NCBI GenBank assembly: GCA_001600695.1
Contig: BCKQ01000016.1
Location: forward strand, 273,814 to 320,746
From: Ascoidea asiatica JCM 7603
Lineage: Eukaryota; Fungi; Ascomycota
Length of the DNA stretch: 46,933 nucleotides
Reading direction: 5' to 3'
The position numbers and the translations under genes were made by a program. The notes beneath the pieces are model-generated. The model saw nothing but the letters and a program-made list of their open reading frames with translations. It was not told the origin of the DNA and did no database searches. This document shows, piece by piece, positions 1 through 12,675 of this stretch. How positions within the stretch are numbered: position 1 is the first letter of the stretch; every line of letters begins with the position of its first letter.

Positions 1-74
1 ATTTGATTCTGATGCTTAAAGTAATCTAATTTGATTTCATATGAACCATTATCGATGATCAAGGTTCTGGACAT
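1..74 (-). CDS. ARP6: Second copy of the ARP6 5' end (first 24 codons, MSRTLIIDNGSYEIKLDYFKHQNQ), running off the window; may be a full gene or a fragment
   Basis: CAT at 72-74 mirrors the ATG at 26586; the sequence is identical to the ARP6 start. Confidence 0.75.
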   Translation of the reverse strand, partial: MSRTLIIDNGSYEIKLDYFKHQNQ

Positions 75-367
75 GACTTAGGATGACATATTTTACCAAC
101 TACTATTCATTGATTGATATATTTCATTACTCAGTTTCTATTATTTTATTGATCAAATTACTGGTTAAATTTATTGATTTATTTATTTATTGATTTATTG
201 ATTGAATAGCGCTAATATTAAATTCACTCAAATTCAGTGAAAAGTGTTTGGGCGTCTAAAATGTGCTATATGAGAAGGGTGTTAAAAGTTCAATAAACAT
301 TTAAATAGTTTGTATTGTTGCAGTTCTTTAACAAGTTCACGTGCAGTTAATGCTTTTTTTAATTATA
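1..367 (-). repeat. Left arm of a perfect inverted repeat (partner 26293-26659); truncated by the window edge
   Basis: Base-by-base comparison: the reverse complement of 1-367 equals 26293-26659 with no mismatch or indel. Identity stops at 368/26292. Confidence 0.97.
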
Positions 368-903
368 GCTGAATTAATATATTATACGACTATTATCAAG
401 TTAATATATTTATGTGAAAATTAAGGGAGTTTTTTTATTTAAAAATTACATTTCTGGCTGTCAAAGTTGTTGTTCGAACACATTCAGCGCTAAGATTTTA
501 TAGAAGTGAAGAGTGAATTCAAGAAAACAAATATTCATTATAAATAGTTGATATTTCCAGTTGACTAAAAGATATTAGTAAATATTAAAATAAATGAACA
601 AAAGAGTGAAAATTTGAAATTGAGAATAAATTATGACATTCCATAAGCTCAGCAAAGAAAAAGAAAAATCAACTTTAATCAGAACAAAAATTATTTATAT
701 ACCCTTATAAAAGAGAAAGAAAATCCAAATTTTACAAATTAGAAAATAAAATAACAAAAAAACAATTAGAAAATAAAATAAACAAAACATAAGCGCTATA
801 AAAAAAGAATTATTGAAACAAAATTGAAAAATAAAAATATAAGATGTCCGAAAAAAAATAAAAACTAAAAACTGATTATAAAAAATTGTCCAATATCAAA
901 TTT

Positions 904-3900
904 TCAAATATCATTTGAGGTGATATCTCCTTGACTTTCTTCTGCCAATTGTGCTAAATTGGAACTTGTTCCACCACTATGAATATATCTAGCTAAATAC
1001 TTTGATGATGAAAATGATCTTGCTAGTTGTTTACCACTAAGTTGATTTTTGCTTAACAGTGGAGTAATACCTTTTGCTAGATTTTTAAGATTAATATTAG
1101 AATTTGAATTATTTTTATTGAAATTACTAAAACTTCTTGAATTATCGTCATTTTTATCATTTGCAATTTGTGAAATTTGTATCATTGAGTCTTCTCTTGA
1201 AATCAAATTAGAAAATGAAGCTGATCTATCAACCAATCCACCCAAATAATCAAATGACTCATCATGTAATAATACTGGATCATCAAATCTTGTGGAATTT
1301 AGTCTATTTAATTTGTTAATATATGTTTTTTGATCTATTCCTTTGATATCTAGTCCACTTGGAGAATGTATTAAGGATGATTTACTATCTTCTTTGGAAA
1401 GCTTATTACTTTGTTCATAAAACCTTTTCTTCTCGGAATTGAAAGATGATAATGAATCTCTTTCATCATCTAATCCATGATCGTAATCTTCTGCTTGTTT
1501 ATATTTATACTCTGGTGATGTTTCGTTAATTATTTCATTTTTTATTATTACTGGCTTAGCTTCCACAATTTCAAAATATTTATCAATTTCACTATCTCTC
1601 GTTGTATATTGATAGATTGAAGGTAAATCAGGCGAAGATAGATTTGGAGAAGGAAAATTAGGTGAAAGAATTTTGTTCCTAGTTTTAGTTTCTGTTTCAA
1701 TTTTGCTTTCAGCCTCACTTTCTTCTTTAACTTTTTCACTATCAGATCCACTTATAACTTCATAATTGTTTTCTTCATCTTTGGTAATATTCTCAATTGA
1801 TTCCTTTTTAAACTTATACCGTATTGGCTCATCTGAGCCAACATCTGATATTTCATTCAACGAATCAAATTCATCAAAAGTTGTAGCATGCAAAAAATCT
1901 GTACTTTCTTCAAAAGCCTTATTCAAATTACTGCTAATCTTCTTTCGTATCACAAATGAATTAGAACCAGCCATTCCAGAAATATCTATTGAAGAAGTGC
2001 TTTTCCCCATAATTGTAAAATTATGACCATATTCAGAATCGTTTTCAATTTCTTTCACAAGATTATCAAATTTTATATCTTCAAATCTTTCACCAAAATC
2101 ATCAGGTGAGTCAATTGTATTGAATGTAAAATCACCATCTGGCTTATATGGACTTACGTCTACTAAATTATTTGTCACTTCTCCTGTTTCATAATTAATA
2201 TCAGTTACAATGCTTTTATCAACCTCATCCACTGATTGAATACCAACTTTTAATAAAGGAGTTTGAAATTTTTCAAGCTTTTCTTCCAACTCTTTTTGTT
2301 CTTGTTCTTTTTTTCTGAAGTCGGAGATAGAAATCTTCTTTCCTTTCACAGCTTTAATAGTCAGACTATCTTTCAGTTTTGACCAAAAAGGGTTGTCTGA
2401 ATTGTCTGTATTGAGAGTAGCCTTTAAAATCGTATCTCTCTTTTTCAAAGCAATTTCATTTATCGTTGAACTATCTCTTGAAATTACCCAATTTGGAGTG
2501 GTATCGTTTCCCACTTGTTCTTCTAAATTTGATAATTCTTTGTTTTTCAATAAATTAATATTGTTTTCTGTATTAAAATCGGATTGCAAATTACCATTTT
2601 GATATGAAAATGTTGTGAATGATGAATTTTCTCTCGCAATTTTCCAATTTGATGATATTCTATTTACAGTCCATTCACCTCCTCCTTCATTTATAGAATC
2701 AGGATCTGAACTTTTTCTTTTAACCTGAGAACTTTTCACTTTGTCCAATTTAGGTATACTATTTGTTTCATTGGAGTCCTTATCTATAGACTTACTTTCA
2801 GAATTTAGATGACTTTCTTTTCCCACATTGTTTGTAGATTCCATTCTTAAATTAACCATATGAGATACAGATGAATTCTCTCTGGCAATAATCCAATTTT
2901 TTCCAGTTGTATCGGCATCTAGAAAAGTACTAGAGTCAATAAAAGTAGCTTCTTTTGTTGTTACTTCCGGTGATATTTTTGATTTATCTGTAGGCAAAGG
3001 ACGTTTATTTTTCTGAAAATTTTGACCTGAAACATGATTTGTTATATCTTTTAGCGTATTACTCGGTATTTTTGGCAGCATTTTTTTAGCTTTCAGAAGA
3101 GAAGCTGGAACAATAGTAGGATCTGGCATTCTGATACTGATTTTTTTAATAGAAGCAGCTGAAGGCTGTCTTGGTAATTCTCCTGGCAAGGGAAGTAGTT
3201 TTTCATCTAATGTCACAGAAGATGGAGCCTCACTTATAATGTGTTTTTCTTTTGAAACTTTAGATTGCGGAACAACGCTATTAATTTTTGGAGAATCAGC
3301 TTTTGAGAGCAAATAACTGGTTGATGATAAAATATTTGGTGATGATTTACTTTTACTGTGATTTGAGATAATTGAGGCTTTTTTTGTAACAATACGGCTC
3401 GAAAGGTCTACCGATCTTCTTGAATTAGGAGTAGTGTTTATTTTACGTTCTGAAGGTGATTGCTTGGCTAAGTCTTTGAGATTGGGATTTGAGGGAGCAT
3501 TGAAAAATCTTGTTAATTTTCTTTTCAATCCTTTGGAATCAACGGTTTGTTGAGATTGGTTTTTGATATCGTTGGATTCTCTTGAATGATGCCGTGTTGG
3601 AGTTTTCTGCTTCAGTGAATTCTTTGAAAGATCTTTGAGAAGCAATTTTGGAGATTTACTTGGAGTCTTAGGTGTTTTGGGGCTTGTGGGAGAAACCTTA
3701 CTTACTTCAGATAATTTAGGTTTTTGCTCAATCGATGATATTGACGATTTTCTGGATCTTGACTTGAATAGTTTTCCAAAAAACCCACTGCTACTATTAG
3801 ATTTCGGAGGTTTGGAATGTTTAGACGAGCTTTTTTGATGATTATGAGTGTCTAATGATGGAGAACTAACAGTTCTTTTCTTTAGTTGCAAAGGTTTAGA

Positions 3901-6900
3901 CTCTTGTGGTTTCACAAAATTGCTTTCACTTATAGGTCTTCGCCTTACAACTGTTCCAGATTTGGATACTTCTGTATTATAGTCTTTAGTTTTAGAGCTC
4001 AAGGGTGGTGCTTTATTAGATATGAGCTTTTTTGGCGATTCGACTTTCTGCTTTTTAGTTGGCGTCAAATGCTTGCTGGTCAGGGTTATTTTGCTAGATG
4101 CTGATCCTTCTTTTTCAAGAGGATTTGCGGTTTCAAAAGAAGCTTTCTGTAAACTTTTCAGCGGGTTTATTTGATTAATTTTATTATGATTATTATTATT
4201 AATCTTGTGATTATTATCACCAGTACTATTATTTTTATTGCTATTTTCACTTTTTTTATTATTGTAATCCTTGTGATTAATGTTATTATTATCAAGTTTC
4301 ACCGTATCTGAATTTGTTGTGTTTTTAACTTCTTTACTATTATCCTTGCCTTTTTCGGGCAATAACAGAGAAGCTTTAGAGGCTTTGTGTATCAATTCAG
4401 ACAGTGTTATTCTTTTTTTGGAGTTATTCGAAACTTTAGTGGATGATGATTTCCTTGAACGGGAACTTTTGGTGCAATATAATGTTAAATAATCTACTAT
4501 TTGAGCATTTGATTCTATTATAAAATCGGTTATAACCGGACTATTTATAGAATAGAAATTCAAATATAATGTAGAAATTTCTTGGGATAAAAATCTAGGC
4601 AAATCATTTGAGTTTATAATAGAATTTATCACTGCTCCATCAATCGTTAAACAATTTATCTCGATAAGATCATTGTTTTCAGTATAAAATTTTGCAGATA
4701 TTGCTGCATATAAATTATTCTCTGTTAATAATTCTTTTGTTAAAGTGATATTTAAAAACAACCCAAATATAGATTTTGATTTTTCGCCAGAGTAAACTGA
4801 TTGTTCATGAGCCGTAGAATATATTGAAAAATCATTTTTAAGATATTTGAACAAATGAAAAGGAGATGATTTATTCAATATTTTTGCTTTATTTATAAGA
4901 TCTATAATTTTATAACCATTGTTCAATTTATTTGGATCGTTTAACTTATATTTTCTAATTCTTTGTGTTTTTGATAAATCACTTGGATCCAATTTTATTC
5001 CATTACCTATTGAAAAGAAATTCAAAAAGTTTCCTTCATTATAAGTGGAAGGTATTAAATCGACTATATCAATCCAACCAGAAACAGTTAATTTTGGAAT
5101 ACTCATCACAGGACTTTCATTTATTAATGAATTCATTAATATATCTGAAATTGAAGGTTTATGTATATCAGTCTCTTCTTCTTCATAATCATAGTCATCT
5201 TGCCCTTCAGTTGGAGATTTTTGTAATTGTTTTGAACTTTTTCTTCCATTTGAAAACTTATTATAGTAATCAGTATCAATTATTTTTAAAAATAAGATAT
5301 GATCACTGAAAATTATTGTAATTTCATCTTTCATATTATCTGTAGGTAATAGATTCTCGCAATCAAAAATTGTTACCACTCTCCTATTCAACCAACCGTA
5401 TTGTAGTTCGATTGGCCAACCATTGGCTAATTCTGTCAAAATTTTACCTGTAGGTGTAAACACTCTTGATTCATATGGTTTTAAAGTATCATTTGCAAAA
5501 GAATCAATTGTTTGGATTGAGGAATTATAATAACTTTTAATATTTCTTTTATTCCTTAAATTTAGAGGTAAAGAGTTATATAATCTATTAATAATCAATT
5601 TTAGTTTGGTTAGATTCAAGGATCCATGAATAATTGATTCTATTCTTCTTTTAGTAAAATAATCTTTGTTGATAATTTTTGGTAAATTGTTATAATATTT
5701 TTCAAAGAAAAAGTTCAAATGTATTGAAAAATTTCTTGTTGCAGCTTCATGTCTCATATAGGCTTTATAAAAATATGGCAAAGAAGTACCACAAGCCTTT
5801 AAAATCTCAATTGGATTGAAATTTATAGCAGATTTTAAAGAATCTAAAAATATACAATTTATTCTAGTTACTTCATCAATTGTTGGAGGAAAAATTAAAT
5901 TTAATTTTGAAATCTGGAAACTTGAAAATTCTTCACTATTTGAATCTTGAACTTGATCTTGATCCTGATTATTAATATTATCGTTATTTTGATTTAAAAT
6001 TTTAATTCTTAATGGAATAACAAATTTTTGTAAAAATTCTACTAAATTTAATGTGAAATTAGTTTGAACAGTGATTAATTCATTACAAATTGATTGAATT
6101 AAAGAGGAATTTGAAACTAATTTATAGGATTTTGGTAATTTATATGTATCAATATTTGGATGTTTATAAATTTTATCAGTTGATTCAGGAGAATATTCAG
6201 TTAAAGGATCAAATAATTGATCTAATTGATCACCAAGTAAAAAAACTAATTTATTATTTTGATCAATTATATCTTGATTATCAGAATATATTACATCTAA
6301 AATTATTGAATTTAAATAATGATATTGTAAAAGACCTAATTTTAATAATTGATTACCTAATTGAGTTGGAGTTTTATTAATTATTAAATTCATTTTATTT
6401 GCCATATCACCAGCTGTCGTTTCATCCCAATCAAATTCTTGATCTTCATTTATATTAACATTTTCATTTTCATTTTCATTTTCATTTTTTTTTTCTGGAT
6501 CAATTGATTTATTATTATTTACGTCATTATTTACTTTATTATTTACATCATTTTTTTCTTCATTATTATTTATATTAGTTATTAATGAATTTTTTCTATT
6601 GAAATTTGATAAAGAAAATTTTAAATCATTTGATAAATTTGCATAAGATCTTAAACTAGTTATAGCTAAAGATCTTCTTACATTTGAATTTTTAAAATTA
6701 TTATTTAAATTTAATATTGCAGGATAATATCTTGATCTTTGATCAATTGTTAAAGAATTAAATTGGGATATACCATGATTTGAGATTAAGATTGTTGAAA
6801 TTTTTAAAGTTAATGGATCTTCAAATACAATTGCAATAAAATTTTTAAAAATTAAAGGATCAAAACCTTTGAAATAAGCTGCATTTGGTATAATTTTTTC

Positions 6901-7095
6901 AAAATCTTTTAAGTTACGTATATTAGTTAAATCATGATTTAATTTGATTATATTTGATTTTGAATTTAGTATTATATTATTATTATTATTGTTGTTATTA
7001 TTATTATTATTGATACTAATATTGTTATTTGTTATAGAAGTGATTGAATTATTTGAATTATTTGAATCGTCTTTTATTGATTGAATAGTTGTCAT
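904..7095 (-). CDS. BUD3: Bud site selection protein Bud3 (DH/RhoGEF-like domain, long Ser/Lys-rich disordered C-terminus)
   Basis: 2063-aa ORF with Bud3-like motifs LGDQLDQLFDPLTEYSPE, ELITVQTNFT, FPPTIDEVTRINCIF and YESRVFTPTGKILTELANGWP. It lies near GBP2 and SGF29, as in S. cerevisiae. Confidence 0.9.
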   Translation of the reverse strand: MTTIQSIKDDSNNSNNSITSITNNNISINNNNNNNNNNNNIILNSKSNIIKLNHDLTNIRNLKDFEKIIPNAAYFKGFDPLIFKNFIAIVFEDPLTLKISTILISNHGISQFNSLTIDQRSRYYPAILNLNNNFKNSNVRRSLAITSLRSYANLSNDLKFSLSNFNRKNSLITNINNNEEKNDVNNKVNNDVNNNKSIDPEKKNENENENENVNINEDQEFDWDETTAGDMANKMNLIINKTPTQLGNQLLKLGLLQYHYLNSIILDVIYSDNQDIIDQNNKLVFLLGDQLDQLFDPLTEYSPESTDKIYKHPNIDTYKLPKSYKLVSNSSLIQSICNELITVQTNFTLNLVEFLQKFVIPLRIKILNQNNDNINNQDQDQVQDSNSEEFSSFQISKLNLIFPPTIDEVTRINCIFLDSLKSAINFNPIEILKACGTSLPYFYKAYMRHEAATRNFSIHLNFFFEKYYNNLPKIINKDYFTKRRIESIIHGSLNLTKLKLIINRLYNSLPLNLRNKRNIKSYYNSSIQTIDSFANDTLKPYESRVFTPTGKILTELANGWPIELQYGWLNRRVVTIFDCENLLPTDNMKDEITIIFSDHILFLKIIDTDYYNKFSNGRKSSKQLQKSPTEGQDDYDYEEEETDIHKPSISDILMNSLINESPVMSIPKLTVSGWIDIVDLIPSTYNEGNFLNFFSIGNGIKLDPSDLSKTQRIRKYKLNDPNKLNNGYKIIDLINKAKILNKSSPFHLFKYLKNDFSIYSTAHEQSVYSGEKSKSIFGLFLNITLTKELLTENNLYAAISAKFYTENNDLIEINCLTIDGAVINSIINSNDLPRFLSQEISTLYLNFYSINSPVITDFIIESNAQIVDYLTLYCTKSSRSRKSSSTKVSNNSKKRITLSELIHKASKASLLLPEKGKDNSKEVKNTTNSDTVKLDNNNINHKDYNNKKSENSNKNNSTGDNNHKINNNNHNKINQINPLKSLQKASFETANPLEKEGSASSKITLTSKHLTPTKKQKVESPKKLISNKAPPLSSKTKDYNTEVSKSGTVVRRRPISESNFVKPQESKPLQLKKRTVSSPSLDTHNHQKSSSKHSKPPKSNSSSGFFGKLFKSRSRKSSISSIEQKPKLSEVSKVSPTSPKTPKTPSKSPKLLLKDLSKNSLKQKTPTRHHSRESNDIKNQSQQTVDSKGLKRKLTRFFNAPSNPNLKDLAKQSPSERKINTTPNSRRSVDLSSRIVTKKASIISNHSKSKSSPNILSSTSYLLSKADSPKINSVVPQSKVSKEKHIISEAPSSVTLDEKLLPLPGELPRQPSAASIKKISIRMPDPTIVPASLLKAKKMLPKIPSNTLKDITNHVSGQNFQKNKRPLPTDKSKISPEVTTKEATFIDSSTFLDADTTGKNWIIARENSSVSHMVNLRMESTNNVGKESHLNSESKSIDKDSNETNSIPKLDKVKSSQVKRKSSDPDSINEGGGEWTVNRISSNWKIARENSSFTTFSYQNGNLQSDFNTENNINLLKNKELSNLEEQVGNDTTPNWVISRDSSTINEIALKKRDTILKATLNTDNSDNPFWSKLKDSLTIKAVKGKKISISDFRKKEQEQKELEEKLEKFQTPLLKVGIQSVDEVDKSIVTDINYETGEVTNNLVDVSPYKPDGDFTFNTIDSPDDFGERFEDIKFDNLVKEIENDSEYGHNFTIMGKSTSSIDISGMAGSNSFVIRKKISSNLNKAFEESTDFLHATTFDEFDSLNEISDVGSDEPIRYKFKKESIENITKDEENNYEVISGSDSEKVKEESEAESKIETETKTRNKILSPNFPSPNLSSPDLPSIYQYTTRDSEIDKYFEIVEAKPVIIKNEIINETSPEYKYKQAEDYDHGLDDERDSLSSFNSEKKRFYEQSNKLSKEDSKSSLIHSPSGLDIKGIDQKTYINKLNRLNSTRFDDPVLLHDESFDYLGGLVDRSASFSNLISREDSMIQISQIANDKNDDNSRSFSNFNKNNSNSNINLKNLAKGITPLLSKNQLSGKQLARSFSSSKYLARYIHSGGTSSNLAQLAEESQGDITSNDI

Positions 7096-8339
7096 TTTTC
7101 AATAACTAAGATTAAAAAAACGACAAAATATAGTAGAAGGTGATAAATGATAATATCTTAGAAATTATGATAGATTAAATAATATAAATATTTATATTAT
7201 CATACATATAAAGTATATATACATATACAGAAATGTATATATATTTATATTTATATATATATGTATATATATATATTTATATTTTTACTTTAATTTTTAA
7301 TTTAATTTACTTTGATTTGATTTGAATATTATTAATGAAGCAAAAGTAAAAAAGTTTGAAGATATAAAAAAAAAATATAATGAAGAAATAAACAACAAAA
7401 TATGTAAGAAGTATGTAAATGTGAATAGACTTTTTGATACCTGATAAATCTTAAAAAGGAATAAGCTTGATGAAGGTGATTATAAAGTTTATTATTATGA
7501 AAATTGAATAAAGTGAGAATAAGAAAGATAATAAAATATTTATCATAGCTTTCTTTTACTTTTTTTGTTTATTTAAAACTTGATGAATAATAGTAATGGC
7601 AGTTTATTGATTTTTTTATATATTAAGTTGTAGGAAGTTTTTCAATGAAAGCTTAAGAATATTAATGATACTTTAGAAGGATATTATTATTGTTATTATT
7701 ATTATTATTATTATTATGATAGCCCTAAGAAATGAAGAAATTGTAAATTAATTAAAAAGAGTTTTGAAAGTGAAAAGTTACTCTGAAAATTAAAAATTAC
7801 TCGAATTGAAATAGAGTGAGTGAGTGAGTGAAGTTGTGTGGGAGTGTGAGTGAAGTGAAATAAAATAAGATGAAATAAGTAAGAAATTTAGTAAATGAAA
7901 TTAAAAAATGTTGCTGGTAATATAACATTCAAATGATCTAGGTTAAGATTATTATTTTGATTTATAAATATTCATAAATCAAAAATAAATCAAAATCAAA
8001 ATCAGGTTCCTGTTTCTGAACCAATTCCAATTCTAATCTAAATTGAAAATCAAAGTAAGTCCCTGATAAAGAATGCCAATTTAATGAAACTGAAACGTAG
8101 ATAAATGGTAGATTATTTATATTCAAATAATAGGATTGTGATTGTAAAAGTATTGAAATATATCAAAAAGATGATTTTAATAGAAACTATGCATTGAATC
8201 TTCTACTTTTATTATATCTTCATCAGAATTGTTACGTGAATTTCAATGATTTTGCTGATTTTGAAGTTTTTGAAGATTTTGATGTTTTTGGCGATTTTGG
8301 ATTTTTAAAGTAAAAAACAACAACACATGAACATGTAAA

Positions 8340-8780
8340 CAAAGGCAGAGTTGAAACGCAGTACCAGAATTCAGCCCGCGTAGGAAAATGTGGCGAGAAT
8401 GCGCTGGTGACAAGCATATTGCGTAGGGGTCTGAGACTGCTTCGGCGCAAGTCACGTTCAGCTGCTCACAATTTGAAAACAAAAACAAACCAAACAGAAA
8501 CAAAAAAAACATTAGAATATTGAATAAATGTTTACGCATGTGTCAGCTGACCTTTTTGGTGGGCGGTCGGAACTCGGTGTACCCTTGCCAAATTTCTTCT
8601 TTAGGCCTTGCTTTAGAAGGGGCACCTTTCCTTCTGCTGAGAAAAACAGCTCTTCACGTTTGTATGCAGACTTAAAATTTTAACTTCTTTAAATGTCACG
8701 TGTTGTGCATACACCGACATCAACTACATTTCTGGAAGGAGTAAGATAATCCGTAACCCGGTTTTTTGTCTACGGTAATA
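8340..8780. promoter_or_regulatory. GC-rich island in the divergent BUD3/MNN4-like intergenic region, with GTCACGTG (Cbf1-type E-box; CACGTG at 8697-8702)
   Basis: Local GC enrichment against very AT-rich flanks, plus a motif match. Confidence 0.45.
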
Positions 8781-9480
8781 TAATTTAACTGTTTGTGGCT
8801 CAATCTTTTCTTCTTTTGCTTAATTGTGTATTTATCGGTTAATTAATCAGCCACATCCACATGAATGCTGCATGGAGACTTGATGTTATGCTGTCCCAAA
8901 CATTTCACACTGGCTGGATACTTTGGTAAAGTTAATTACCTAATCTGAACTTGTATCAGTATTCTTTTGCTTTTGGTGTTTGAAACACAAGTTATACATT
9001 GCTACTATCATATTATCGAAAACCTCATTTTGAATTATTCATTATTTATTGGCTAAATCTATTGCAATTATGGTCAATTTAGTACCCAATTCTATTCTCA
9101 AGTTGATACTTCATTACTACAAAACTGTACCTTCTACTAATAGTAATCTTCATTACTTAATTTACTTTATTTTTAAATCTCAAAATCGTCTGTTTATAAG
9201 CCTAAAATACCTTTATATTCAACTTTGTTTCTTTTTCTATTTTTGTTTTTATATTTATTTCTATTCTTATATTCCCCATTAATTTGATACAAAGCTCCAG
9301 AATAACTTTAAATAATCTTTTTTTATTTTATATTATAAATTATAATGTTAATTCCTTCATAAACTTCAATCGTTAATATAATTTTTAATTTAACTCTTTT
9401 CCTTCTTTTTAAAATACACTGTATATATATTTTATACTTACAGTATTTTATTCAATATTTCTAAGAATTATTAAAAAAAC

Positions 9481-10292
9481 ATGACTCTAAATTTACTGTT
9501 GAAAAAGAGATTAATATTATTGATCCATAATAATACAAATATCAATTTAAAAGAAAGAAATATTATTCAATTTATTTTAATATTTACTCTTATATTTTTA
9601 ATAATTTCTCTTTATAACTTATCTGTAACTTCACAGTTCATAAACTCCAATGACATTGATCTAATTTCTATAAATGATAACCCCATAAATAATAATAGCA
9701 ATAATCATTTAGATAATAATGAAGATTTAGAAAAAGAAAAAGAAAAACAAAAAGAAAAAGAAATTGAAAAAGACAAAGACAAAGACAAAACCAAAGAAAA
9801 TGAAAATATAATCATATTACAACCTTCTGGTGTCAAAGAATATATTCAAAAACAAGAAGATGATGATTTGATTAATATAATCATTAATAATTATAATAAT
9901 TATAGAGATTTAACAAGAATAAATTTACCATTGGAACTATTAAATTCAATTAATACAAATAAACAAGAAAAAAATATAAATTTAAATAATCAATTAATTT
10001 CAAATTTAAATTATAATTTTGATAATAGATTATTTCCTTCTTTATTAATTAATGAAATTTTTACAAATAATTTATTAACTCTTTCTTCTAAAAATATAAT
10101 TAATGATTTTAAAATTCAATTTAATTGGAATTATATTATTAATTATAATTATAAATTCAAAAATTCAACAATATCAAATTTATTAAATATTGATCCAAAT
10201 AATTTAAATTGTAATTATTTATCAAATAAATTAAACTTAAATTATAATGATTTCATTCAAAATTATTGTCAAGATTTAAAATCATCTAACAC

Positions 10293-10340
<48 letters not shown>

Positions 10341-12675
10341 CATTAAAAATACATTAACAACTTCCATATCAAATAACAATAATCAATTCAAAAACAGAAA
10401 TTATAATAAAAATGATCCATTTTTAAATCTAAATGATATTCCAATTTCAATCAAAAACAATTTAAATATTAATTTAGATGAAGATTTACGAATCTTTTTT
10501 TCAAATCTTTATCTTTCAAAAAAAATGGCAAATCCAAATAATATATTCATTATTGATGATAACCAAAAAAATAATGGTGCTGTGTTTATAATTCCTGTAT
10601 TAAATTCAACTTTAGATACCAATAATGAATTAAAAACAAGTAATTCAAAGAATAATAATAAAAATAATTTCAAAAAAAACTTATACCCAGATTCATTAAT
10701 TGATAAATCTTTAAATTATTTAATCAATAAAAGAAATTTCATTAAATCCTTCAATGATAATGAAGGAAAAAATAAAGATGATAATCAAAAGATAAATGAC
10801 AATAACAATAACATTGATAATAATAATAATAATGAAGGTAATAATAATAATAATGTAAAACTGAAAAAAGATTTGAATAAATCAGAGATTCCTTCTTTAT
10901 TATCTTTATTTGTTGATGGCATTACTCCTTCAATTGAATTATTCAATTTACAAAAATTATACCCAGATTTATTAAACAATTATCTCAAATCAAAATCAGA
11001 TAATTCTAAATCATCAGATTCAAATAATAATGATAAAGAAAATGATAATAAGAATAAAGAAAATGATAATGAAAATATTTTTGATTTAAATTCTAATTCA
11101 TTTAAATTTATTCCTAATCCAAGATCATTATCAACTTCATCAAAAGATTTAAAAAAAATTGATTTAACTAATTCAGATTTTGAATTTCCATTATCAATTA
11201 ATTCTATTAAACAAAATTTTAATCCTATAGTTTTAAAAAATATTGAATTACAATTATCTTTATTAGAAAAAATAGAGAATAATGAATTAATTGATATTAA
11301 TGAATTAAATTTAAATTTTCCAAAATATTTTCAAGAACCATTATTAAAAGATTTAAATAAATTTTATTCTTCAATTCATTTTGATTGGAGATTTTTTAAT
11401 GGAATTCAAATGACACCAAATGAACATTCATTTATTTTACATAATTTAATTAGATCATGGTTTAAATTTGCAAATATTTTAAATTTAAAAACATGGTTAT
11501 CTCATGGTTCATTAATTGGTTGGTATTGGAATGGATTAAATTTACCTTGGGATACAGATATTGATATTCAAATAAGTTTTAAAGATTTATTAAAATTAGT
11601 TAATTTAAATTATAATAATACTTTAATTTATGATTTATCAAATGATTTATATATGAATGAATCAATAAAATTAAATTCCAATTTTGATATTGGATCAACA
11701 TCATATTTCTTAGATATTAATCCAAATTTTATTTTAAATAATTATAATAATATTAATAATGATTTATTAAATAAGAATAATATAATTGATGCAAGATTTA
11801 TTGATACAAAAACAGGATTATATATTGATATTACTGCAATTTCATTTAATAATAATATTCAAATAAATAATAATAAAAATAATAATAAAAATAATAATAA
11901 TAAAAATAAATTATCAATATTTGATAAAAATGATTTATTAACAACAATTTTACCAAAAGAATTAAAAAAAATTAATAAAATTGATACATTTTTATTTTCA
12001 TATGATTATCAAAAGAAAAATAATAATGAATTTAATAATGAATTAAATATAAATAAAGAATTAAAAAATTTAAAGAAAAAATTGGTAGAAAATGAAGAAT
12101 TAAAAAAAAAATATGAGATTGAATTAGAAAATTTATATTTAAAAGCAGAAAAAATTCAATTATCAAAAAATTTACCAATAATTTCATGTAAAAATAATCA
12201 TTTTTATAAAATGGAAGATTTATCACCATTAATTCCAACAATTTTTGAAGGTATTATTTCTTATATACCTTTTAATTATAAATATATTCTTGAAAAAGAG
12301 TATAGATCAATAAATCCATTAATTAATAAAGATTTAGAAAATTATGAATTTAAAGATGAAATTTTAAATCTTTGGTTACCTAAGATTAAATGTAAAGAAT
12401 TTTCAGAAGAAGAATGTTTAAATAAAAAAATCAGTGTTTATAGAGAATTCATTAGAACTTCAGATTTAACTAAAATGCATAAAAAAGAAATGAAATATTA
12501 TCAAGATGATAAACTGAAACTGAATGGAATTAATATTGACAATGAGAATAATGAAATTAAAATAGAAACTGTAAATGTAAATGAAAATGAATTCAAAAAT
12601 TATCCATATAAATTAACAGATGAAATTCCATGTTTTAGGTATGACCCATGGATTGCAAAACTTTCTCAAAATTAA
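9481..12675 (+). CDS. MNN4: LicD/fukutin-family mannosylphosphorylation protein (Mnn4/Mnn14/Pno1-like), type II membrane protein
   Basis: N-terminal hydrophobic anchor; LicD motifs TWLSHGSLIGWYWNG..PWDTDIDIQ and IDARFIDTKTGLYIDIT; many Asn-rich insertions. Exact paralog uncertain. Confidence 0.8.

Noticed and set aside
1-367. Repeat as a DNA transposon terminal inverted repeat or LTR
   Set aside because: It consists of the ARP6 promoter and coding sequence, and no transposase or TG..CA ends are evident.
368-903. Possible MAT gene or recombinase just inside the left repeat arm
   Set aside because: Only 536 bp of A-rich terminator-like DNA with no ORF of 60 aa or more. I recognised no HMG, homeodomain, alpha-box or recombinase gene anywhere in the window.
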